Below, in pieces: positions 1 through 14,755 of a stretch of 64,000 bases of DNA. The position numbers and the translations under genes are program-made. The notes under the pieces are model-generated. The model did no database searches. It saw nothing but the letters and a program-made list of their open reading frames with translations, and was not told the origin of the DNA. How positions within the stretch are numbered: the stretch's first letter is position 1; each line of letters begins with the position of its first letter. This stretch comes from Eledone cirrhosa (taxonomy: Eukaryota). The stretch is from assembly GCA_964016885.1 (NCBI GenBank), contig OZ024741.1:85622001-85686000 (forward strand), given 5' to 3'.

Positions 1-273
1 TATATATATATGTATATATATACATATATATATATGTATATTTATATATGTGTGTATATATATATGGCAAAATCAACAGTTATATTTGAATATGAAAGCA
101 GTTCCCTTACCGTTAATTGGTTATTGATATGGGGTCATAAATCACAAGTATGTGAAATAAATGAGCTAGATCGAACCTCTGTAAGATAATCGGATCACTT
201 CAAATATACCACTGGTCTACAATATACGGGCACACACACACGCGCATGTGTCTGTATTTCTCACACACTCTCC

Positions 274-353
<80 letters not shown>

Positions 354-415
354 GTGTGTATGTATGTATATATTTGTTTATGTGTGTGAGCGTATATATA
401 TATATATACACACAT

Positions 416-487
<72 letters not shown>

Positions 488-527
488 GATATTAAATAAA
501 TGGAAACTATATTTATAAAACCATATT

Positions 528-593
528 TATTTCATTATATATATTTCAGGGATATCATATTAAAAATATGTTATGCCTTCTTCAGACAAAATA
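528..593 (-). ncRNA. Type I hammerhead ribozyme, family A pLTR
   Basis: TATTTTGT-CTGAAGA-AGG..CCT-GAAA-T-ATAT-ATA^-ATGAAATA; 8-bp stem I and palindromic stem III. Confidence 0.85.
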
Positions 594-848
594 CAATATA
601 AACAGTCTTATAAATAGATAGATTTGACATACCTTTCAACTTCACCTTCCATTTAAAAAGTTGATTTGGTAGTGAAAAATATTAGGGACAGTTATAAAAA
701 GAAAGAAAGAAAAAACGAAGAAAAAGAAGAAATGCATGCAACTAAATAAAGAGAGATAGATATAGAGAGATAGATAGAGAGAAGAAATTCATGTAAAGAA
801 ACAGAGAGAGATATATAGAGAGAGGAAAAAACACAGAGGGAGATAGAT

Positions 849-882
<34 letters not shown>

Positions 883-1929
883 AAATATAGAGAGTTAGAT
901 ATAGATAGAGATAGAGAGAAAGAAAATAGGTAGTTGGGCACCAGTTGAATGACGTATCAATGATATATTTATTTATTTATTTATCTATTTAGCTCTAGTA
1001 TTAATGTAGAGAGAGATATATGTGGTTAGGAGAGAAAACAGCCGTTACATAGAGAGAAAAGAAAAATATCCAGACATAAACGAGGCAGATTTAAAACATT
1101 ATGTTTCATCAATGTAAAAATATCAATTCGTATAAATCAGGCATTATAATGTAAATATCAGTATTCATGAATGAGACACGTATCAATAATGTGTGAAAAA
1201 TAATGATCATATGTCTAGTTTAAAATTCCTAGGTTTATATCAGAGATGTGATAAAATAGAAGGTTATCCCAGATTCGATACTATAGACATCCATGTGAAT
1301 TTACGTGATCAACTCTGCAAATTCCTATTTCACACGAAAACATTCTCATTGTGCTATAAAAATTCTAGTATACATATATGTGTACATACACACAAATATA
1401 TATAGAGTCTACATTAATTTTAACAATACTATTCTTGTCTTTACTCTACATGATTATCGTTCAAGCATAAATAGAGAACAGATATCAATATATCAATGAA
1501 AATATCAGAAACAAAAAAATAAAAAAACAAAAAAATATTAAAAATAAAAATAAAAATATTAAAAATATTAAAAATAAAAATAAAACATAGTATGCCCCGC
1601 AAATCAACCACAGAGATCAACCCTTCAAAGTTAATTGACAAAATATTGCCAAGTTCGTTATAAGCATCAGAATCAAAAGCAAACAAAACCAAAATTATTT
1701 ACCAAATCCTGTCTAGCAGAAATCATTCCAAAAGTTTAGGATACCCATTTGATCTACAGATGGTCTTATATTTAATATAGAAGTTTATCTAGTGTAAAAT
1801 TTATTCGATATATTTGGAGCATCAGCTTTTAGGGTAGTTTAATTATTCATGAAGAATGTTTAAAATAAAAAAGAAATCGAAAGATTTATCGGCGAGTTTC
1901 ATAAATAATTATAAATCAAATTAAATATA

Positions 1930-3606
1930 CTACATTTTAAATTTATATTTATATTTAAAAGTTGAGTTCAATCTATGTCTGCAGCAACTGAATAAATTTG
2001 TCCGTAAATTAAGGGAATTTTTAGATTTTAGTATAAAGAATATCTCCTCCGCGCAGAGGTCACATGTCTCAGAGGATGAATTAAAAGGAATCCCTCTTGA
2101 GACTATATTCCAAGCCGTCGAATATCCAACGTTATCATGCCTAAGTTGCCAGAGTAAGCCTGATAGTGATGTTGAAGATTTTTTGCTTGGATCTGTGAAA
2201 GAATCCTTGTGGTTATTATAGCGAAGTTTAAATTCTGTCGAGGTGGAACCAACATAGTTAAAAGAATTTAAGTCCGTTTTAACATTACAGTTGTATATTA
2301 TATTTTTAACTAAGCAATTGTTATTTAACGGACATTTAGATCTATCTCTACAGTTACATTTGTTTACTTGGATATTATTTATGCTATTATTGGTATTTTG
2401 GCTAGGTTTTAAATTCCTATTATTTATTCTATTAATATTTTGTGCTAAATTTTTGGTGGATGAGTAGGTTAATTTTATAGTATGTCTATTGAAAATTGAG
2501 TGATACCTATGTGTTCTAGGGAAGCGATTATCAAGAGCATTAAAAAATAGTTTAGCGATGTGGGTTTTAATGTTTAGTGAGAAAGGGGGGGCAAACCATA
2601 TTATATTCCTAGTTCTATTTCTTTTTTGGCTTTTGGAATTATTGTAATGCTTTCTATTATAGTTGTTAAAGTTGTTGCCGTAATTAAAATTGTTGTTATT
2701 TTGGTTAGTTTGTCTATTATTATCTATGTACATAATTTTATCACTATATCCTGCTCTAGCTAACGCTTCATTGTAATACTGGGCTTTTTCGTCGAAAATC
2801 TTTTTATTAGATGAGATTCTAGAGATACATTTTTGAACAGAGTTTACTATAGTATTTTTAACAGATCTGGGGTGGTTAGAGTTAAAGCTGACATAGTTTA
2901 AGTTTTCATTCAACTTGTGAAATGGATAGTGAAGACATGTGTTGAGATTTAATGTTACATCTAGGAAATTGACTATTCTATGGTTATTCTCAATTTCTAT
3001 TTTTAGATTAAAGTAATTAAAAAATTGTGTAATTTGTTTTCTTTTTCTATTTAGTTCAGAGTTATTATTTTCAATAAGTAAAAGCATGTCATCTCTATAT
3101 AAACCTCCGGTAGCACCGGGTATTTTCCTATGCAGCGAATTGATTAAAAATAGGCCCACAAGGTCAGTTACCTGAGCTGAGTCGGATGATCCCATAGTAA
3201 TGTCGAAATTGTTATCTCTATCTGCTCTGGTCCATAGTTGGTCATTAAATTCTATCAATGTTTTCCTAGCCGATAATATAATGTGCATTTCATTGCTAGT
3301 TAGGTCTGTATGTTTGAATGCGTAATTTAGTGCCTTATTTAGTAGATTAGGGGTAATAGATGAATAATAGTTAGCAATATCTAGTTGAATAAACTTATTA
3401 TTATTGTTATATTTAATTTCTTTAAACCACTCAATAACCTCTCCAGTTCCCTTCCACAAGCTCAAGTTAGGTAAACAATTCAAGTTTTTAATTTGCTGTA
3501 TCACCCTGTCTAGAATGTTTTTGCTTAGTTTACCCAGGTCCGATTTTGATGGTGCAATCAATCTGACTGGCAGGTCATTTTCAAAATTTATTTTGTGATC
3601 TTTCAT
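1930..3606 (-). CDS. PLE reverse transcriptase + GIY-YIG endonuclease (open 558 aa from MKDHK; N-terminus probably truncated)
   Basis: RT motifs [42 protein letters not shown]; thumb SNHP; linker [15 protein letters not shown] (CxCx5Cx5C); [14 protein letters not shown]; CDLCAEE; LN; CRH. The upstream part of the 630-aa track ORF is only microsatellite. Confidence 0.93.
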   Translation of the reverse strand: MKDHKINFENDLPVRLIAPSKSDLGKLSKNILDRVIQQIKNLNCLPNLSLWKGTGEVIEWFKEIKYNNNNKFIQLDIANYYSSITPNLLNKALNYAFKHTDLTSNEMHIILSARKTLIEFNDQLWTRADRDNNFDITMGSSDSAQVTDLVGLFLINSLHRKIPGATGGLYRDDMLLLIENNNSELNRKRKQITQFFNYFNLKIEIENNHRIVNFLDVTLNLNTCLHYPFHKLNENLNYVSFNSNHPRSVKNTIVNSVQKCISRISSNKKIFDEKAQYYNEALARAGYSDKIMYIDNNRQTNQNNNNFNYGNNFNNYNRKHYNNSKSQKRNRTRNIIWFAPPFSLNIKTHIAKLFFNALDNRFPRTHRYHSIFNRHTIKLTYSSTKNLAQNINRINNRNLKPSQNTNNSINNIQVNKCNCRDRSKCPLNNNCLVKNIIYNCNVKTDLNSFNYVGSTSTEFKLRYNNHKDSFTDPSKKSSTSLSGLLWQLRHDNVGYSTAWNIVSRGIPFNSSSETCDLCAEEIFFILKSKNSLNLRTNLFSCCRHRLNSTFKYKYKFKM

Positions 3607-3697
3607 ATTGATCTTCGGTTTCCTGTGTATATATATATATATATATATACATATAGATATATATATATATACATATAGATCTTCGGTTTCATGTGTA

Positions 3698-3733
<36 letters not shown>

Positions 3734-3752
3734 CACATATATATATACACAC

Positions 3753-3783
<31 letters not shown>

Positions 3784-3796
3784 TATATACACACAC

Positions 3797-3885
<89 letters not shown>

Positions 3886-4368
3886 GAGGGGGAGAGAGAG
3901 TGAGAGAGAGAAAGGAGATGAGAATAGATAGTGTACATAGTGTGGTAAGGAGCTCTACAGAGTAAGTACGATGAATACGGAAGAGAACTCAGAGTTTATA
4001 TATCTAAGACCTGATCGATATCATTGCAATTCTGTTCTTCCCGGACAAGAGATAAATTTAACTACGGTGTACATATTTATTTATTCACCAAATTGACTTC
4101 TTCAACTAAATTTAACCAGCCGACACCTTCGCCGTCGCCATTTGTACCAACATCAGTCTAAGCTGGTGTTATCTTTCACACGATGCTTCAATGAGATATC
4201 TTCCAATCTAATAACCAGCCAATAATTTGATAAGAGAATAAATATTTATCGACGCTGCATCACCTGAGCCTATCATTGAGCTGTACTTTAGAAAGGAGTT
4301 TAATGTTTTGCTTTTGGATTTCTCAAATTCTATATTTCTGATCCTCACGCCAAACACTCAGCTCATGC

Positions 4369-4454
<86 letters not shown>

Positions 4455-4554
4455 TACATACATACATACATACATACATACATACATACATACATACATA
4501 CATACATACATACATACATACATACATACATACATACATACATACATACATACA

Positions 4555-4608
<54 letters not shown>

Positions 4609-4611
4609 TAT

Positions 4612-4900
4612 TAAAAGAAAATGTTGGCTCTACATGGCAGAATACGATTCGTTTGCAATTATAGAAACAACCCTCATTTTTAAAGCCATGTCAGTAGAAT
4701 GAACACTTCATTCTTTTTATTCTGTTGGCATGTAATCAGAACTGCAGACACTAATGTTTCTGGGTATCACCCGTCATTAGTACAGCTCACTGTCACCTGC
4801 CAACAATCAGAGCTAGTGAAAATATATGCTATTTTCTAAAATATACAGTGACTGATTGGCCTGATTTGCATATTAGCAGACAGGCTGATCAGCAGATCTG
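4612..4900 (-). mobile_element. Non-coding HHR repeat family H (copy of 57380-57685); HHR at 4739-4788 has a G5A core change (CTAATGA)
   Basis: Reverse-complement similarity to 57380-57600; abuts (TA)n. Confidence 0.75.
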
Positions 4901-5925
4901 TGGTGGAAGTATTAGAAATTATGGCTTGATAAGATCTGTTGAACTCTCGACACGATAGAATCTTTAACTGCCAACATAAGGCATTAAAGACTTTCGCTAA
5001 ATATCAACCTGACTAGCATAACATTGGATCCTGTGTCCACTCTACTTGAAATCCACCTTCTTGCCGCCAAGATTCGTCTCGGCACCACCTTATCTTTTCT
5101 GTTGTTGATTTCTGTTGAGATAAAAACTAATACTCTGCCTCCACCCCAAGTTAATTTATAGCCTTTCAATGATATCTTATCATTTCTGGTCGCTCCGGCT
5201 TCATTTCTTTTCTTTTTTTTATTTCCCCCCTCTTGGATTTTCCCCACTTCGATTGTAATCCCTTCTCCCGCTTACAAATATTGTATCTATACTTGGTATA
5301 TTTATTGTAATTCATGATTTTATTCTTTTGTTTATTTATTATCTTTATTCATTATTTCTTGATTATTTTTTACTTACTATATTTGTTTACAATTTCTTTT
5401 ATTTGTATATTATATTTTGATCCTGAATTTCTCTATATACCAATGTTTTGTATTTTAGCTTTGTCAGCAGTAAGTAATGCTTATTGCAGAAATGCGGTAC
5501 CCACACTTCAGAGTATAACAAATTTCTTTTCTTCCTCCCTGTTAACTTCTTTTTGATGATGTGAAATAATAGAAACGTAACACATAGGAATGAGCATTGT
5601 ATAATGCAGTCAGCTCATGTAGACGGTTATGTAATTGTATAGAAACATATGTTAAAGATTGAGCACTCAATGAATTTCTCCTTCTGATCCCTTCTTCCTG
5701 ACTAGTTCGTTCTGTTTTTCGTTGTACCATATATATACTCCGTGATCTTCTCCTTGGAAATAGTGCCATAACTTTTTTAACTAGATACCGATGATACACA
5801 CTACAAAGAACATGTCGAGAAAAAATATTTGGTAAGCAGTCCTCCATATTTATTTTGTTTGCGAACTCACCTCAAATATAATTGATTTGATCTACACAAA
5901 CTAAATTTAATTAATTTATCTTCTC

Positions 5926-5975
<50 letters not shown>

Positions 5976-6029
5976 AATGGGTTAAAGACTTAGTTGATAT
6001 ATAATCAACTGACTTGTATATATAACATT

Positions 6030-6061
<32 letters not shown>

Positions 6062-6684
6062 CATACATGCATACCAATATGTGAGTGTATGTATGTATAT
6101 TTCAGTTGAAATTTGTATTTTTATTTTAATTGATGGTGTTGCAGCTGTTGTTGTTCTAAATGCACCAATAAAAGACTGTGTGTTCCATTAAATGGCACTA
6201 AAATTAAATGAAATTTTCATCAAAACGTCTGACTCATTTAGTGTAGAATCTTTAAAATCTTTAAAACAAATCTAGAAAAAAAAAATTTTTTTTTTTTAAA
6301 TATTTATCCAACAAAATTTCAAATGTTACAAATTATTTTAAGCTATATTTTTCTGTTTTGCTTGTTTATTTGCTTTTGTTGTTTTTGGTAAATTTTCGGG
6401 GTTTTTATCTTCTTGAATTTTAAATTAGTTATATTTTTTTAATTATTTTTTTAACTTAAAAATTTCTAATCTTAAGCTCGAGCTGTTTAGATTTTTCTTC
6501 TTTTTTTTTAATGTTAAAAAGAAAAGGAAAAAGCAAAGGGGGATCAGAAAACTTCTAGGTCATTGGGTGGAAATCTAAGAAAAACAAATAAAAACAAAAA
6601 CAAAACGAAACAAATCGCGTTTTAGAAAGTACAATCAAGAAATAAACTAATTTAGAAATGAATAAATAAATAAATATATGTAAG

Positions 6685-6850
6685 CGCAGGCATGCCTGTG
6701 TAGTTAAGGAGTTCACTTCACAACCATATTGTTCTGGTTTCAATCCGGCCACGTGGCACCTTGGGCAAGTGTCTTCTACAACTTCGGAGAAAATAATACA
6801 TTGTAAGTGAAATTTGTTAGACAGAGACTGTACAAAGGTTAATCATATAA

Positions 6851-6945
<95 letters not shown>

Positions 6946-7040
6946 GTAACTTACAGGTTTGACAAAAAAACGATATTGATAAATTATGTACCGGACATGA
7001 AAAGATATAATCGACTTTAACCTCCCCTACAACATGTTGG
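6685..7040 (+). mobile_element. tRNA-derived SINE family 2 (degenerate)
   Basis: A/B-box-like head GCGCAGGCATG..GTAGTTAAG..GGTTTCAATCC followed by GGCACCTTGGGCAAGTGTCTTCT. Related copies at ~9737-9895 and ~62100-62270. Confidence 0.65.
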
Positions 7041-7060
7041 CCTTGTGCCATATTTGGAAA

Positions 7061-8051
7061 GGGCGGTGGATTGGCAGTATCGGTAGAGGGTCGGACGCCA
7101 TGCTTTCCAGTATAGTTACGTCCCTTTACGATCTGAGTTCAAATCCCGCCGAGGTTGACTTTGCCTTTCATCCTTACGGGGTCGATAAAATAAAGTACCA
7201 GTAATGCACTGGGTAATTGCTGGCCTTGTGCCTAAAGTAGAAACTATTATTATTAGATGGTGGGTTTTGAACTTAGTTATAACACTTTACGTTTTGAGTT
7301 CAAATTGGGCTTTCATCCTTCCGGGGGTCGATAACATTTAGTACGGGTCAAGTTTCTGAGATCGGTTTAATCAATCTCTTTCTCTCACCCCCCCCCCCCC
7401 CCCCCCCCACCCCACCCCACCCCACCCCACACACACTCAAAAAACTACTGGTTTTGTATCTAGGAACTATTATTAGTAGAGGGTCGGATGCCATGCTTTG
7501 CAGCATAGAGTTACCTCCCTGTATGATCTGAGTTCAAATCCCGCCGAGGTTAACTTTGCCTTTCATCCTTACGGGGGTCGATAAAATAAAGTACCAGTCT
7601 CGCACTGGGGTCGATTTAATCAACTTTCCTCTACCCCAAAATTGCTGGCCTTGTGTTTATATAAGAAACCATTATTAGTAGAAAGGGCGGTGGATTGGCA
7701 GTATCGGTAGAGGGTCGGACGCCATGCTTTGCAGCACAGTTACGTCCCTTTACGGACTGAGTTCAAATCCCGCCGAGGTTAACTTTGCCTTTCATCCTTA
7801 CGGGGTGGATAAAATAAAAGTACCAGTAATGCTCTGGGACAATTGCTGGCCTTGTGCCAAAAAGTAGAAACAATTATTAGTAGAAAGTCGGACGCCATGC
7901 TTTGCAGCATAGAATTACGTCCCTTTACGGTCTGAGTTCAAATCCTGTCGAGGTTAGCTTTGCCTTTTATCCTTACGGGGTCGATAAAATAAAGTACCAG
8001 TAATGCACTGGGATAATTGCTGGCCTTGTGCCAAAAATAGAAACAATTATT
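7061..8051 (+). mobile_element. Head-to-tail cluster of ~5 tRNA-derived SINEs (family 1, Nin/Deu-like central domain)
   Basis: GGCGGTGGATTGGCAGTATCGG (A box), GAGTTCAAATCC (B box), GCCTTTCATCCTTACGGGGTCGATAAAATAAAGTACC, and ATT tails. Confidence 0.85.
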
Positions 8052-11000
8052 AGGCTGAATTTGAAGTCATTTACTGTCGGAACGAATACCACAAAACATT
8101 CCCTCTTCTTATTTCATTATTTGGAACATGCGCTGATGCTTCGATGCTTCCTATATTCGTTAACTGCTATAACTTATTTTCAAATTCTGCCTGTTAAACA
8201 ATTTTGTGTATTTATGACAGGCTTAGATTAAGGAAATTCTTGTCTACGTTGAATTTCAAATTGGAAGTTTAACTGGAATATATAGCGGCTGGTGTTTGTC
8301 TTGTTTGTTTGTTTGTTTGTTTGTGTGTGTGTGTGTGTGTATGTGTGTTTTGTCTTTTGTATTTTGGATTCTTTAATAAGACGTGGTTCTTGTTTAGGGA
8401 TGATTTCTTTTTCTCTGAATCTAAATTTTCCAGTCATGGTATAGTGGTTTAGATATGTTATCTAATAGTATTTTGTCTGAAGGTATACTGCATTTCAAAG
8501 ACATTTTCAGTAAAGGAAGGAAGAGAAATAGTAAAGTATTAACTCTCTAAATGTTCTCTCTGAAAATGTGTGTTGGACCTCCATAGGTTCCGACGATGAG
8601 TATACCAGTTGTTTGAACACCAGAACAGTCTGCTTGTGAAATTAACATGTAAGCGACTAAGCATTCAACAGATACGTGCACGCTTAACGTAGTCCTCAGG
8701 GAGATTCAGCGTGAAATATAAGTGGACTAGAACAATGCGAAATAAAGTGTCTTACTCAAGAACACAACGTACCGCAAATAATTGAAATCATGACGTTACG
8801 ATTGTAAGCTACATGCCTTCATACTGAAAATGTATTTACTGAAAAAACTTTCCTATTGATTTACTGAAAAAACTTTCCTATTGATTGAGGAAATGAGGGC
8901 GGTGCCAACCTAATCGTTTCGACCTCAAACCCGCAACGCAAAGGAGCAGAATATAATAAAATACCAAGTACTGACTTAGGCTTTCTGCTCTTTCTTTTTT
9001 AGTCGGTTGCCACCGAGACTTCTGGTGTCCTAGACACTACGACAGTCGTTCCCCTTCATCAAATCTGAAAGAGGGTATCACACATGAAGAAGGGACCCCG
9101 TCTAGCCAAGGGTGTAGAATATGCCCTCTCTCAATTTCTTTCCCCGCCTTTTTATATACGTTTTTCTTTCTTGGTCCTTTTTCTTTCTCTTTGCTCACTT
9201 TCAGTTTCCGAGTATATACAATTGAATATGAATAAAGTTTTATTTTATTGAAAAACGTTATTTATTTTCTTGGCTCGGTTTAGAAAAATCATATACAAAC
9301 AAACGAAATTAAGGCTACGATCTATAATAATATAAACAGACCTATCAACTTTCCCCGTCGTACGGCGAGATCTCCCACCCACTTTGGGCTGGGTTAGAGA
9401 TGTCTTCTCTTGTGAAAATGGATATAGCTTTCATTATATAAAATCTCCCCACTTTGCCTCATTTCTCCCCGTTTTGGAGCACTTTCTTTCATGGTACTCC
9501 CCGTTTGGGTTTTTAGAGGTTTGGCAGGTCTGCATGAACCAATGGAGGAAAAGTCTTTTCTCCATGAGAATGAGTACTGCATAATATATTGATTATATTG
9601 CTGACCAGGTTCTTAAAGATTATGGAACGCAGCAAGTGCTTTGTGTCAATGTATATTGTTTACATTCTGTTTACATTTATTGAGATCTAGAGTAAAGTAT
9701 AACCTATAACTATGTTAGTAATTACTATTATATTGACGCAGGCATGACGGAATAGTTAAGGGCTTTGGTTCACGACCATGAGGTGATAGGTTCGATCCAA
9801 TTGCGGAGAATCTTGGACAAGTGTCATTATCATAAACTTGAGTCGGCCCAAACCTTCTTAGTGAAATTGGGTGGACGGAAATTGTATGGAAGCCCATCAG
9901 ATGGATTGTACCTGTAACTCAACTGTCCAGCCCTATCGCAGATTTGGTCATGCTAATTCTGTCCGAGAATTACTTTAAACTTGCACGTGTCTGTAGAATA
10001 CTCAATCACACATTAATTCATGAACTTGGCGTTCAATTGATCGAACAATTGGAATATTCATAATCGAAACCGAGGGAAGATCCTTTATAACAATACTATT
10101 CTTACAAACATTTACTTCATTATTAAACAAATGTTTTAAATAATATTTGTATTCATACAAATAAAAAAAAAAAGTATTTTAAAAAGAATAAAATGAAAAA
10201 AGTATTTTAAAAAGATTTTATGAACAACGATCGCAATGAAATTGAAAACAGAATTAAAATTTGAATGACATTTGAATTATTTATATTTAAACGCAATTAA
10301 AAAATATATATAATTAAGTTAAATATACAAACTTAAAGATTAAAGAAATATTCAGATAAACGAGGTCGTAAAAATACACTCTGGAATTAGAATTGTTTTT
10401 AAAATCAAACATTGAAATTTAAATGAATAATTACACATATATGAGAGATAAAATAAATATTTGTTTTTATGTTTCAAACTAAATTCTAATTAATATTAAT
10501 TGGGAAATCGCCAAATATTTAAAAAATGTAAATAATTGGTGAAAAATATATGAAAAATATGAATTTCTAAAGTCGGCACAAACAGAAGACTTGTTGATAT
10601 TGTTGTGTGGTGTTTGTTGTTGTGATGTTTTTTGTTATTGTTGATGTAGTTTGTTATTATTGATGTTCCTCATGTTGTTATTGCTGCTGTTGTTGTTGTT
10701 AATGGTGCTCTTTATGTTGTTGCTACTGTTGATGCCAAGAATCAGCTCGGTTGCTGCCAAGACTCAGCTCTGTTCAACAAAAACCTATGCTCTAACGCGT
10801 TGCATCCGTGATCATTACTTTCTGATCGAGTGTATCTAAGACTCATCATCACTAGGTCTTTCTTTAAGTTATGTTTTATGGCTGGACCTTCCTCCTGGTT
10901 CCTGGTACTAACCTTTTTAATCGCCCCTTATGACGCACATGTGTTGTGGCAAGATTAAAATGATTGGATCAGAGGAGCGGTGGAAATGTAAGTGGAAGGA

Positions 11001-11291
11001 AGTAGAGGAAGGAAAAGATTAAGAAAGGCATCCCTAAAGGAGGAAATGGATGTCAGGAAGTTGTTGAGAAGAGGGTGAAGACGGTAAGGCAAAATGAATA
11101 AGCTTGTCATCGGCCTGCAAGACTAATCTCAGCTTTAAAACGCTTATTGTTGTTGTAGAGCGTATAAAGGACGACGTGATATTATGTGATTCCTCTTTTT
11201 AAATAACAGAATGTCATTTGAGGGAAATTTGACTGTTATTTTTCACAGATTGAGCCACTAAAAAAAAGCTCCCTCATTTAGTCGAAATATA

Positions 11292-11477
11292 ATTGTTTCT
11301 ACTTTTGGCACAAGGCCAGCAATTACCCAGTGCATTACTGGTACTTTATTTTATCGACCCCGTAAGGATGAAAGGCAAAGTAAACCTCGGCGGGATTTGA
11401 ACTCAGAATGGCAAGGACCGTAACTCTATGCGTCAAAGCATGGCGTCCGATCCTCTACCGATACTGCCAATCCACCG
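11292..11477 (-). mobile_element. SINE family 1
   Basis: Reverse complement of the 7061-7251 consensus. Confidence 0.85.
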
Positions 11478-11714
11478 AAATATAATGGTTCCTTTTTGTT
11501 ATAGTTTAGGCACCACATCAGCCCTTATCAAGCGAACCTATGACGAAGGGCATCCCAACCATGTCCATTACATCCTTGTGTTAGGTATGCATTATCCAAT
11601 ATGTTTTCCCCTCTTTTAAGAGTAAGTTAATTCTGAGATTTGGTTGCTAATTTTAGCATGTCAAATAAACGCTAATAGCTTATTTTGTTGATTCATGAAT
11701 ATTATTTATTTAAA

Positions 11715-11900
11715 TGGATTGCAGTATCGGTAGAGGGGACGGACGCCATGTTTTGCAGCATAGAGTTACTCCCCTTTATGATCTGAGTTCAAATCCCGCC
11801 GAGGTTAACTTTGCCTTTCATCCTTTCGGGGTCGATAAAATAAAGTACCAGTAATGCACTGGGATAATTGCTGCCTTGTGCCAAAAGTAGAAGCAATTAT
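11715..11900 (+). mobile_element. SINE family 1
   Basis: Same A/B boxes and central domain. Confidence 0.85.
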
Positions 11901-12161
11901 TTATTTAGAATGGCACCGGAACAGCTGATTAACATTTTCGTTATCATACGTCAAATGAAATACGCTGTCTGCTTTAACCCTCTTTTTACCATATTTCTAA
12001 TGAAAGGCATCATATGTCTAATGAATGACACAGCCCATACCCTTAACCCTGTTGTTACAATATTTCCATTGAAAGGCACTGCGAGAGGTTTTTAAATCCT
12101 TTTAAAATTAAGGAAGGATTGAAAGAAACAAGCATTGACACTTCGTGTACCATCTTATTTT

Positions 12162-12194
<33 letters not shown>

Positions 12195-12207
12195 TACATA
12201 TATATAT

Positions 12208-12324
<117 letters not shown>

Positions 12325-12334
12325 ATTTATTTAT

Positions 12335-12407
12335 TTATTAAAATAACAGATTAAAATTTAAGCAGAGAATCGCTGCTTTCGCCCTTAACGGGATCTTCTG
12401 AAACTTA
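12335..12407 (-). ncRNA. Solo HHR insert, family C (core CAGAAGA) in (TA)n
   Basis: AGTTT-CAGAAGA-TCCC-GTTAA-GGGC-GAAA-GCA..TGC-TT^-AAATT; matches 52101-52176. Confidence 0.7.
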
Positions 12408-12409
12408 TG

Positions 12410-12443
<34 letters not shown>

Positions 12444-12484
12444 CATACATACATATATATATATACATATATATTATATATATA

Positions 12485-12574
<90 letters not shown>

Positions 12575-12609
12575 ATATATATACAATATATATATATATA
12601 TATATATAC

Positions 12610-12654
<45 letters not shown>

Positions 12655-12656
12655 CA

Positions 12657-12694
<38 letters not shown>

Positions 12695-12743
12695 CTATTA
12701 TATATATATACATACACATATATATATATATACATATATATAC

Positions 12744-12776
<33 letters not shown>

Positions 12777-12787
12777 CATATATATAC

Positions 12788-12835
<48 letters not shown>

Positions 12836-12923
12836 TACATATATATATACATATATATATATATACATATATATATACATATATATATATATACATATAT
12901 ATATATAAACATATATATATATT

Positions 12924-13170
<247 letters not shown>

Positions 13171-13196
13171 CATATATATATTATATATATTACATA

Positions 13197-13235
<39 letters not shown>

Positions 13236-13391
13236 CATATATATATATATTATATACATGTATATATATACATATACATATATATATATACATATATATA
13301 TATACATATATATATACATATATATATACATATATATATATGTATATACATATATATTTAAACATAAATATATATACATATATATATATAC

Positions 13392-13427
<36 letters not shown>

Positions 13428-13549
13428 TAATATATATATTATATATATATATATATAACGAAGGAAATGTGGTAAGGAACCAGGTGGACCATAACGCACC
13501 AAAGTACTCAATACTTGAGGTAGTAGAGTGGGTAATAGGAACCAGTAAG

Positions 13550-13643
13550 ACCCCGACAGCTGAGCTCAAGCCGTTTCGACGGCTAATTCTGGACTAAATG
13601 AAAATTTATCCTGGTATTTAAATAGCCGATCTTCTCAAGGGGT
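13550..13643 (-). ncRNA. Type I HHR, family B (U3-A8 core TTGAGAA)
   Basis: Reverse complement of 17960-18053. Confidence 0.8.
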
Positions 13644-14010
13644 AATTCCATATATGGTCAAAGTGATTGTCAAAAATCAGTAGTAATTCTGTGGTTGCAA
13701 ATTAGTAGGGGGGATGGTGGCTAAACCTGCCAGTAGGAGAAAGAGGGGAGGGGGTGGAGTAGACCCAATCAAGCGTTGGTAGTGCCAGCTACAGCTGGGC
13801 ATGAGGTCAAAGAAGATACAGGGGAGGGGGAGGGGGAGGAAGTCGGAAACGGTAGGTAGAAACAATGGGGGGTAGAAATAGGAAAGAAAAAATACTGAGA
13901 GTGAAGAAAAGCAAATAAGTGTAAAGAAAAAAGTAAAGTAAATTAAATTCAACGACCTAGGTGTCAGGCTATTGTTAGGCGAGAATAAAATAAAGAAAGA
14001 AAGAAAGAAG

Positions 14011-14045
<35 letters not shown>

Positions 14046-14755
14046 GGAAATAAGTAAGAGAACTAGGTGGGACGGTATAGGCAAGGACCCTTTTAAGAGG
14101 TATAAGTACGTAAATGATACGGTGACGGGTCAACAAAAGGGGCCAAAATACTAAAGAGACTACCACGAAATAAACAATAAAGGTTTCCATCCCGGGCCAG
14201 CAACGACCCAGTGCAGCAAAGTGAACTTGTGCGAGATAATAATTCTGAGTCCCGAGAAAAATATATACTAATGCTAACTCTAAAAGATCTAAAACAAGCT
14301 ACATGAAAGTTCGTACGAAATAAAGGTAGAATACGGAGAAATAAATTCAGATCCACCCCGCCCAGAAGAAAAGCGAAGCAAGAAATACTGAAACGAAAAA
14401 ATAAGGCATAAGTGCCACTAAGAAATATAGAGGGCACAGAGAATAGTGGGAGCGGTCGGAAAAAAGGGGAAAGTATCCGGGTCTAAGCCAACTGCTATTA
14501 AAGGGCGGAGTCCGCCAAATCTATCAAAGACTAGGGGAGGGGGGGGGGGTACTAAGGCTACATGGGCCAAAGGGCAGCCTCGGTGGGCGAGAAAAGACGC
14601 CGACAAAGGAGAAGAGCTGGGGTAGAAGGACAAAGGAGAGAGGGGGGGAAGGAAATAAAGGAAGCGATAAAAGAATACAAAGAAGATCTTACGTCTTCCT
14701 TGGCAAGCAGGGGTTACCCATTGCAAAATCGGCAACTGGGGTGTTATAGCCCTAG

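Larger units (their letters stand above)
487..3630 (-). mobile_element. Penelope-like element family A (Hydra-type), 5'-truncated copy 1, in (TA)n
   Basis: RT+GIY-YIG ORF followed by ~1.44 kb of 3' non-coding sequence ending in an HHR. Both ends abut (TA)n. A near-identical copy lies at 47561-50305. Confidence 0.93.

Noticed and set aside
3607-3822. N-terminal 72 aa of the 630-aa ORF
   Set aside because: Mostly (TA)n read-through upstream of the truncated PLE.
7061-7160. tRNA gene
   Set aside because: The A/B boxes belong to SINE heads; there is no cloverleaf and the SINE body follows.
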